Shown here: positions 25,260-32,000 of the stretch, piece after piece | Layout: every line of letters begins with the position of its first letter | Position numbering within the stretch: position 1 is the first letter of the stretch | From: Vulcanisaeta distributa DSM 14429 | GTDB lineage: Archaea > Thermoproteota > Thermoprotei > Thermoproteales > Thermocladiaceae | Length of the DNA: 32,000 bases | NCBI RefSeq assembly: GCF_000148385.1 | Contig: NC_014537.1 | Location: forward strand, 1,650,001 to 1,682,000 | Direction of reading: 5' to 3' | Program-made: the position numbers and the translations under genes | The notes under the pieces: model-generated | Databases searched by the model: none | Told to the model about the DNA's origin: nothing | Seen by the model: the letters and a program-made list of their open reading frames with translations, nothing else

Positions 25260-26618
25260 TTAAGAAACTAGGTCTAAGCCCTCGGTAATTCTAAAGTCAA
25301 CCCTATACCTAGTGCCTAGATTTTCTGACTCGAGCAATTGACCAAAGAGTCTCTGCGATGTTGCATCCGTGACCTTCACTCTCACGAATGCGCCAATGTC
25401 AGCCTTCCTCACGGCTATTGGCTTGTAATTATATGAACGAACAACGTAGTTCTCACCCTTAAAGTCAACCTCACTCACGATGCCCCACATCTCCCTGCCA
25501 ATAAACGTCTTATTCCTCTCCAAGGCAACCCTATTAAACACGTCAGTGGCGATTTTACTCCTCTCCTTCTTAACCTGCTCAGGCACCTGCTCCATATATG
25601 CCGCCTCAGTGAATGGCCTACGGCTATACCTAGCCAGGTTAACCTTATCAATACCCAACTCCTCAATTAACCTCACACTAGCCCAGAAGTCCTCATCGGT
25701 CTCCCCAGGGAAGCCCACAATAATGTCCGTGGCGACGGTAGCATCAGGAAAGGCATTCCTAATCCTCTTTACAATATCCCTAAATAAGTCAACCGAGTAC
25801 TTCCTCCTCATGAGCATTAACACCCTATCACTACCACTCTGCACCGGTACGTGGAAGAACCTATATACGCGCCAATCAGACTTTACAACGTCAAGGAGCC
25901 TATCAATTATTCGACTTAACTCAAGGGGCTCCATCATCCCCAGCCTAACCATGAACCTACCATCGACCTTAGCCAGTATTTTTTCGAGGAGGTCCGCCAG
26001 GTCATAACCCCTATCACGTCCATAAGCACTGATTTCCTGCCCCGTTAGATAAATCTCTCGCGCGCCCTTACTGACGGCATTTGTAATGGCATTGACTATA
26101 TCGTCTATGCCGTAACTCTTCACCCTACCAAAACCCATCCTGCCAATCTTAGTAACGCAGAAACTACAATTACCCAAGCAACCAACCTGTATTGGTACTA
26201 CATACCTATGCCCATGAAGCTCGGGGTAGTAATTAGGCAGGTACTTTGCTGGTCTATCCTCATATACATGAACATCAGTATTACTACTTACCACCTCATC
26301 TATAAGCTCGGCTCCGTGGGACGAGATAAGCATGGCATTAGGAGACACATCCTTTATAGTTGCGGGCCTAATCCTGGTTAAGCAACCAGCGACAATCAAT
26401 CTCTTACCTGGATACTCCTCACTTAGTCTCTTCAGGAGCTTAAGCTCATTTCTCTCGGCCTCCTCCCTAACGGCGCATGTATTCACGATTATCGTGTCAG
26501 CGGACTCAACATCCTCCGTGTACTCCCAGCCCAATGACCTAAGCTTCGTAATCATTATGTCACTATCCGCCTTATTCAACCAACAACCAAACGTTATCAC
26601 AGTAAACTTACCACCCAT
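25260..26618 (-). CDS. radical-SAM methylthiotransferase, archaeal MiaB/MtaB (CDKAL1-like) type
   Basis: The UPF0004 N-domain begins FTVITFGCWLNKADSD. The radical-SAM cluster motif is VGCLGNCSFCV (CxxxCxxC). The C-terminus is TRAM-like (..VRVKVTDATSQRLFGQLL). Confidence 0.85.
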   Translation of the reverse strand: MGGKFTVITFGCWLNKADSDIMITKLRSLGWEYTEDVESADTIIVNTCAVREEAERNELKLLKRLSEEYPGKRLIVAGCLTRIRPATIKDVSPNAMLISSHGAELIDEVVSSNTDVHVYEDRPAKYLPNYYPELHGHRYVVPIQVGCLGNCSFCVTKIGRMGFGRVKSYGIDDIVNAITNAVSKGAREIYLTGQEISAYGRDRGYDLADLLEKILAKVDGRFMVRLGMMEPLELSRIIDRLLDVVKSDWRVYRFFHVPVQSGSDRVLMLMRRKYSVDLFRDIVKRIRNAFPDATVATDIIVGFPGETDEDFWASVRLIEELGIDKVNLARYSRRPFTEAAYMEQVPEQVKKERSKIATDVFNRVALERNKTFIGREMWGIVSEVDFKGENYVVRSYNYKPIAVRKADIGAFVRVKVTDATSQRLFGQLLESENLGTRYRVDFRITEGLDLVS

Positions 26619-26704
26619 ACCTTCAGAGATAATTGCCCTAAGCCCTTAAAAACCTAGATGCGCCCGACAATGAGGTTTTACGTTTACCATTTAGGTAAGC
26701 AGTG

Positions 26705-26715
26705 TTTTTAAATAA
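26705..26715 (+). promoter_or_regulatory. TATA box for the surface glycoprotein gene
   Basis: TTTTTAAATAA lies 21-31 nt upstream of the ATG at 26736. Confidence 0.5.
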
Positions 26716-26735
26716 GTAATTAATTGCTACCGTAG

Positions 26736-28685
26736 ATGGTGATACTAGCGTTGATAATACACGTGATACTTACGTTACTCGGTGTGGACCCACCAACACC
26801 ATTCACGGTTACAGGAATTACCTGGTACTACGGGTCCTACACTGAACCCCTAAGCAATTACACGCATATATACACAGGCGCCAACATAAGTAGTACTATA
26901 ACGGTTGATATTAATGATAATGCACCAATACCAATCAACGTGTCTTATACCCTTAGTATTAAGAATTATACGGTTCAAGGTTCGTGGACACTACAGCCTG
27001 GGAAAAACTCATTCAACATAACAGTGCCGGCTTTAGCTGAGGGCAGTTACAACGCGTCCTTATTGTTATCCTCAGTAGGTTACTCCCTGAATTACTATTT
27101 CATGGTATTTTCCGTGGTTCCTGGAATAGTTATAAATACTACAACAACGAGACTGTACAGTGGGGTATCCCAGGTAATTACGCTTAACGTAACAAATAAT
27201 ACACCCATACCAATAAGTTCAGCGTTAATAGTAATGATTGGGACGGGCGTAGTAATTAGTAATAGCATGATTACTACAAAGCCACCAACGAGTGAAAATA
27301 TAACGGTAATACCAGGACCATACTCCCTGGGTACGGCATCAATAACATTTAGGATTAGCTATACAGATGCTGGGGGTTATACGTGGAATGAGAATGAAAC
27401 ACTCACCTTCACGATAGTGCCGACGCCCGTACACCTAACCCTAAGTGCGCAAAGCACGGTTAATTACGGTAATTACATGCCAATAACCATAAACGCAATA
27501 ACGCCGGTGGGACCACTGCAGTATCAGCAGTTGAGTATTTACGTTGATAATAATTATGTAGCGTCCGTAACCACCAATAGCAATGGGATTGCCCAATACT
27601 CACTATTTATTGATTATGACGTTGGTTATCACATATTAACGGTTGAGTTCACGAACACTACGTATTTTCAGGAGGCCCTCGTTAATTATACATTCATTGT
27701 ATTGCCAGGTACCGTATATATAATTGCCTATGTAAACAGTACTAATATAACTTACGGAAGTGCAGTTAATATTTACGTAAAGTTATCACCACCTATCTCA
27801 GGTGGGACGTTAACAATAGGTTATGAGGTTAACGGATTAGCATCTACAATAGGTAGTTATACCCCGGTGAATGGTACTGTCCAGGCAACTTGGATACCAC
27901 CCCAGGCAGGGACGTATTTAATAACAATATATTATACGAACCCACCAAACTACTTGCCAAGTTCCACAAACCTTACAATAACTGTTAGTAAGGCGCCATG
28001 CTCATTATCAATAATAATTAATGGGACACCTGAGGTATTGCATGGACTCATTATACAAAGCCAGATGAAGCCTGTAATCATAAATGCTCAATTAAACATA
28101 CTAATAATGAGTAATTTATCATCAACAAGCGGAATAATGTACATTAATGCAAGTGGCATTGGCACGTACGTATTCACACCCAAAATGCCGGGTAAGTACT
28201 CAATTATTGTGTCCTGGCCGGGAAACATTAACTATCAAGGATGCCGCGCGACCTACGTGTTAAATATAATGAAAGCGCCGTTGACGCTTTACGTAAATGG
28301 AAGTGGCAGTTTAATCGCTGCAGGTGGTTATGAAATATTCAGTATAGGTGTTGTTACCAACATACCAATTAGTTACGTTAATGGGAATCTAACGATAGTT
28401 ATCAGGAGCGGTAATAAAACGGTGAGTACGTATGATGTACCAATTACTGGGTATTTCATGAAGGCCTCAATACCCTTCCCAGAACCCGGTGTTTATGAGG
28501 TATTAATACAGTACCCTGGTAATGATTATGTTAATGCAAGTGTGTATGGGCCTTACTACGTAACGGTAATACCGGGTTTCCTAGGGATACCCTGGTACAT
28601 GCTCCTTGCCTATTTGGCACCAATAGTTCTTGGGGCATCAATAGGAATGATCATTAATCAGAGGCTCCGTCAAGTACGGCAATGA
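26736..28685 (+). CDS. large surface glycoprotein with Ig-like repeat modules and a C-terminal membrane anchor
   Basis: The N-terminus is a hydrophobic signal-like segment. By eye there are about two dozen NxS/T sequons. A module ending recurs: GxYx[ILV]x[ILV]x[YW]xGNxNY (AGTYLITIYYTNPPNY, PGKYSIIVSWPGNINY, PGVYEVLIQYPGNDYV). A C-terminal TM helix is followed by the basic tail NQRLRQVRQ. A TATA box at 26705..26715 suggests a leaderless mRNA. Confidence 0.65.
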   Translation: MVILALIIHVILTLLGVDPPTPFTVTGITWYYGSYTEPLSNYTHIYTGANISSTITVDINDNAPIPINVSYTLSIKNYTVQGSWTLQPGKNSFNITVPALAEGSYNASLLLSSVGYSLNYYFMVFSVVPGIVINTTTTRLYSGVSQVITLNVTNNTPIPISSALIVMIGTGVVISNSMITTKPPTSENITVIPGPYSLGTASITFRISYTDAGGYTWNENETLTFTIVPTPVHLTLSAQSTVNYGNYMPITINAITPVGPLQYQQLSIYVDNNYVASVTTNSNGIAQYSLFIDYDVGYHILTVEFTNTTYFQEALVNYTFIVLPGTVYIIAYVNSTNITYGSAVNIYVKLSPPISGGTLTIGYEVNGLASTIGSYTPVNGTVQATWIPPQAGTYLITIYYTNPPNYLPSSTNLTITVSKAPCSLSIIINGTPEVLHGLIIQSQMKPVIINAQLNILIMSNLSSTSGIMYINASGIGTYVFTPKMPGKYSIIVSWPGNINYQGCRATYVLNIMKAPLTLYVNGSGSLIAAGGYEIFSIGVVTNIPISYVNGNLTIVIRSGNKTVSTYDVPITGYFMKASIPFPEPGVYEVLIQYPGNDYVNASVYGPYYVTVIPGFLGIPWYMLLAYLAPIVLGASIGMIINQRLRQVRQ

Positions 28686-29298
28686 GCCTTGGTAATTCAG
28701 CGACGCTTTTAATTACGAATTTTGTTGGGAAGTCCCTAGCCCATGTTGCAACCCCTATATTTATTGTGCCTAAACCATTAATTAGGAGAATGTCCCTTGG
28801 ATGATCGGTAACGTAGGCAACAACGTTAGGTGGTAGCTTAAGGATATCAAGCGCCCTCTTAACGAGGTCAAGCTTATCATGGCCAGGTCCTAAATCGCCC
28901 AATGATACACAACCTTCTATAAACTCAGTGAATCCATAATACCTTAACTCATTCATCATTTGCGGGCACTCCAGCTCTCTTCCTGTGGCTATGACGAGCC
29001 TCTTATTCATACTGCGTAGAACCTTCATTGAATCTAAAACCCCTGGAAACACCTCACCGTAATCCCTCCTTATGGAGTACAATGTCCAGCACTCATGCCA
29101 GAACCAGAAATTCCTTGACAAATCACCTAACACCTCGCTTAGCGATGGGTCCCTATAATAGATACTGAGTAATTGGTCAATGTCATTATTTAAGCTCCTA
29201 CCATACTTCAAGGCGCATTCTCTAAGTATGTTTAGGAATTTAGGTAATGTATTTACGAGGGTCATGTCGAGGTCTAGCACGATGGCCTTAATGACCAT
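28654..29298 (-). CDS. HAD-superfamily hydrolase
   Basis: Motif I is AIVLDLDMTLVNT (DxD). Later ..VIATGRE.. and ..YVTDHPRDI.. fit HAD motifs II-IV. I prefer the internal ATG (MVIKAIV) over the TTG at 29355. Confidence 0.75.
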   Translation of the reverse strand: MVIKAIVLDLDMTLVNTLPKFLNILRECALKYGRSLNNDIDQLLSIYYRDPSLSEVLGDLSRNFWFWHECWTLYSIRRDYGEVFPGVLDSMKVLRSMNKRLVIATGRELECPQMMNELRYYGFTEFIEGCVSLGDLGPGHDKLDLVKRALDILKLPPNVVAYVTDHPRDILLINGLGTINIGVATWARDFPTKFVIKSVAELPRLIAVLDGASD

Positions 29299-29401
29299 AG
29301 TATGGGGAGTATGCTCTATTACTAGCTCACTAATAAACCATTCTATTATATTCAATGGAAAGTAAAATACTTATTAAGAAATACTGTAACTAAATTACAT
29401 A

Positions 29402-30409
29402 GTGGGTAAACCTAGGTTTAAGATTGAGGTGCTCCTTGAGCAGGATGGGAAGGTCTTAATGGATGACCTAACGGCAAGACTTCTTGAGATTCTCGAGAAG
29501 AAGGGTTCCCTATTATCGGTGGTTAAGGATCTTGGATTGCCATATTCAAGGGCTTGGGAATTAATTAATAGGTTGGAAAGTGGGTTGGACATTAAGGTCG
29601 TTAATTCAAAGAGGGGCTATAAAGGAGGCATGTCATTAACTGCGGAGGGCAGGGAATTACTGAGTACGTATAGGTCGATAATGAGTAGGTATGTGTGGAG
29701 TCCTGATGGTACTGTGTGCGACACTGTCTATGCCGGGAGCGATGATTGCATAGTTAGGGATATAATTAATGAAATGAGGAGCGAGGGTTACTGCATTGAT
29801 GCTTATTGGGTTGGTTCAATGGGTGGGTTAAACATGGTCATTAATGGCTTAGCTGACATAGCTGGTATTCATCTAATAGACCCAACAAGTGGCGAGTACA
29901 ACATACCTTACATGTATTCATTGGGTGCCTGGGATAATGCCGTCTTAATAAGGGGTTACATGAGGTTGCTGGGTATTGTGCATAGGCCGTATCTAAGCAT
30001 TAGTGATCTAACGGATATACTGGGGCTTAGGATGGTTAATAGGAATCCAGGCTCAGGCACGAGACTAGCAACGGAATTACTACTCAATGGGATAGCCATG
30101 TACACTGGGTATAGTATGGATGAGATAAGGAAGGTTGTGAAGGGCTATAACGACGTTGTTAAGACTCATATAGAGGTTACCGAGAAGGTAGCTAGGGGAT
30201 TGGCTGACTACGGCATAGCAATTGCTGGGCAAGCACTCAAAATGGGTCTTGCCATTAAGCCCATAGCCCTTGAGGAGTTCGACATTGTGGTTTCTAAGGC
30301 AAGCATTAATAAACCAACGGTTAAGGAGTTTATACGTAGGATAAGTAAGGTAGAGCCCAGACCTGGCTATGTAATGCTTAGGAACACTGGTGAGCTTTAC
30401 TCCAGGTAA
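29402..30409 (+). CDS. ModE-type N-terminal HTH fused to a periplasmic-binding-protein-like (molybdate/tungstate-binding-like) domain
   Basis: The N-terminus ..LLEILEKKGSLLSVVKDLGLPYSRAWELINRLE.. resembles the ModE/LysR-type HTH. The remainder (..VYAGSDDCIV..GIHLIDPTSGEYN..VNRNPGSGTR..) resembles a COG1910-type PBP domain. The start codon is GTG. Confidence 0.6.
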   Translation: MGKPRFKIEVLLEQDGKVLMDDLTARLLEILEKKGSLLSVVKDLGLPYSRAWELINRLESGLDIKVVNSKRGYKGGMSLTAEGRELLSTYRSIMSRYVWSPDGTVCDTVYAGSDDCIVRDIINEMRSEGYCIDAYWVGSMGGLNMVINGLADIAGIHLIDPTSGEYNIPYMYSLGAWDNAVLIRGYMRLLGIVHRPYLSISDLTDILGLRMVNRNPGSGTRLATELLLNGIAMYTGYSMDEIRKVVKGYNDVVKTHIEVTEKVARGLADYGIAIAGQALKMGLAIKPIALEEFDIVVSKASINKPTVKEFIRRISKVEPRPGYVMLRNTGELYSR

Positions 30410-31167
30410 TCATAATCACTACCCCCAACATAGACATTATGAAGAACTCTATAGAGTGCGTCAAGGCCCTCGCCAGTCTTAGCACTTATTGGTATTGGCC
30501 TTGGTATAGTACCGATGGCGGTTAATATGTCCGACAACCTAACACTTAAGTCTGCCTCTAACTTATTGGCCTGGTTAGACATCAACGCCTCCCTGAGTAG
30601 GTCCGTCTCCTCACTCCACTCAAGTATTTCATCAACTACAGACCTATCGAGCAGATCAATCTTATTGAGCACATTCACCTGAGGCATGTTAAACCTAAAC
30701 TGCGTTGAGAGAGCGAGGAGCATCGATGACACGTAACCACTTGGTGTTTGGGCCTGCGTCGCATCTATTACGAAGACAACAGCCGACCTATCCATACTCA
30801 GCCTATTAATTAGTACCGAACCGACACTCCTAAAGGCGAATAGCTCCATCTGCCCCGGCGTGTCTATTAAGACGTAATTCGCACCAATATCCATTATCTG
30901 ACTCTTAATCTCCTGGGCCCTAACTGCCAACATGTCTATGGCGGCTATTATCGAGCCATTGGGACCAAGCTTATACTTCCTCATCAACTCCCGGGCCGAA
31001 ACCACATCCCTAATATCAATGTCCGGTATGTAGGGCACGTACTCCACCGCTGGATCCAAATTAACTATGGCAACATCGTACTGATTATTCTCAAGCCACT
31101 CAGCGAAGGTACTAACAAGCGTTGTTTTACCTGATCCGGCAGTCCCCACGATAAATACTGTGAACAT
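30397..31167 (-). CDS. GPN-loop GTPase
   Basis: The P-loop is VFIVGTAGSGKTTL, the GPN motif lies in ..KLGPNGSII.., and ..IDTPGQMELF.. and ..VLNKIDLL.. are present. Confidence 0.85.
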   Translation of the reverse strand: MFTVFIVGTAGSGKTTLVSTFAEWLENNQYDVAIVNLDPAVEYVPYIPDIDIRDVVSARELMRKYKLGPNGSIIAAIDMLAVRAQEIKSQIMDIGANYVLIDTPGQMELFAFRSVGSVLINRLSMDRSAVVFVIDATQAQTPSGYVSSMLLALSTQFRFNMPQVNVLNKIDLLDRSVVDEILEWSEETDLLREALMSNQANKLEADLSVRLSDILTAIGTIPRPIPISAKTGEGLDALYRVLHNVYVGGSDYDYLE

Positions 31168-31212
31168 TCATTACGGGAGTAAAAAACCTCAATAAAAAAC
31201 TTCCGAATCGCA

Positions 31213-32000
31213 TTAAACACTGATGTACAGCGTGGCCATTAATGCCCTGGCTGCAGCATCGCCAAGTAGCATGTACCTAACACTATCCTTTAAACCCACG
31301 TAATTAGCAACCACGGTTACCAATGCACCACTTATTAATGAGCCAATTAACGTACCAACACCATAGAATAGGTTGTACAGGCTAACTGCCGTTCTCCTAT
31401 CTTCGGAATTATCGTATACGAAGGATATGTAGGCAACGTTCGAAGCAGAGTTCGTGAATCCAGCTACCATGTTTGCCAGGTAAATCACGTAAACATTATT
31501 GGCCAGGGCATATGATAATGGGAATGTCACAAGCAAGAGCCTTCCCAGGAACATTACCAACTTCCTATTCTTATCAAACCATCTGCCCACAAACCTCTGT
31601 AGTGTTAAGGTTGATATGCCGCTAATCACATTAACAATGGCTAGTTGCTCAACATTCATATTAAGCAGATAGACCTGAGCCAATGGGAAAAGAGGCCATG
31701 CGAAGCTCCATACGATAGCGAATAAAGTATTGATAAGGAGGAATTTTGCCAATTTTCTATTATTTTTAAGTATTAATAATGGTTCAGTAACCACCTGATC
31801 ACTAGGGTCAGTTAATTCAATGCTCCACACATTAATTGCATTGATGAAAATAAGCGATGCCGTGGTCATGAATACATAGTGCATTATTGCATAATTGCTA
31901 CCGACTATGATGCCCGTAATTAACGTAGCTAATAAGCTACCTATGGAGCCGTAAAACGCAAAGTTAGCCAATACCCAACCCCTACTACCCCTGCTCAATC
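31213..32000 (-). CDS. MFS-type transporter, C-terminal part (N-terminus lies beyond the right window edge)
   Basis: The ORF is open to the window edge. It has multiple hydrophobic helices and the MFS-like loop ..LQRFVGRWFDKNRK... Confidence 0.6.
   Translation of the reverse strand, partial: LSRGSRGWVLANFAFYGSIGSLLATLITGIIVGSNYAIMHYVFMTTASLIFINAINVWSIELTDPSDQVVTEPLLILKNNRKLAKFLLINTLFAIVWSFAWPLFPLAQVYLLNMNVEQLAIVNVISGISTLTLQRFVGRWFDKNRKLVMFLGRLLLVTFPLSYALANNVYVIYLANMVAGFTNSASNVAYISFVYDNSEDRRTAVSLYNLFYGVGTLIGSLISGALVTVVANYVGLKDSVRYMLLGDAAARALMATLYISV

Noticed and set aside
25480-26007. 175-aa + strand ORF inside the methylthiotransferase gene
   Set aside because: It lies entirely antisense to a CDS with strong radical-SAM/TRAM motifs. 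Its translation is S/L/T-rich low-complexity sequence typical of shadow ORFs, and it has no promoter context.

Overview
This window looks like a densely packed archaeal chromosomal core segment. The archaeal assignment rests on aRF1, a GPN-loop GTPase, isopentenyl phosphate kinase, a Dph6-type diphthamide enzyme, A/T-rich TATA boxes 20-35 nt upstream of start codons, and a C/D-box sRNA candidate. A Thermoproteales-like crenarchaeon (Caldivirga/Vulcanisaeta style) is only a guess from gene content and composition. I call about 37 protein genes on both strands, many with overlapping or abutting ends. Recognisable housekeeping genes include tyrS (fragment), ilvC, hemC, a plant-type asparaginase, an MTA/SAH-deaminase-like amidohydrolase, a Dph6-like PP-loop ATPase, mdh, sua5, a DUF59 Fe-S protein, an OCD-family enzyme, IPK, GGPP synthase, thiolase, aRF1, an archaeal MiaB/MtaB-type methylthiotransferase, a HAD hydrolase, a GPN GTPase and an MFS transporter (fragment). 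I saw no rRNA, tRNA, CRISPR array, transposase or integrase. Five regions deserve a second look. (1) 3405-6348 holds a translationally coupled pair: an HTH/coiled-coil protein and a large polytopic-membrane protein ending in an AAA+ module, an architecture I do not recognise. (2) 21461-23801 holds two tandem MoaD/ThiS-type ubiquitin-like paralogs, one ending in GGG and one ending in CGVA, directly downstream of a translationally coupled SQR-like flavoprotein and DUF1641 pair. (3) About 23984-24038 is an unannotated C/D-box sRNA candidate; each guide has an 8-nt core complementary to a conserved 16S rRNA terminus. (4) A 6-codon uORF sits on the predicted leaderless transcript start upstream of the release-factor gene. 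(5) There are several orphan small Zn/Cys-rich and helical proteins. All functional calls come from motif and pattern recognition by eye, and no database search was run.
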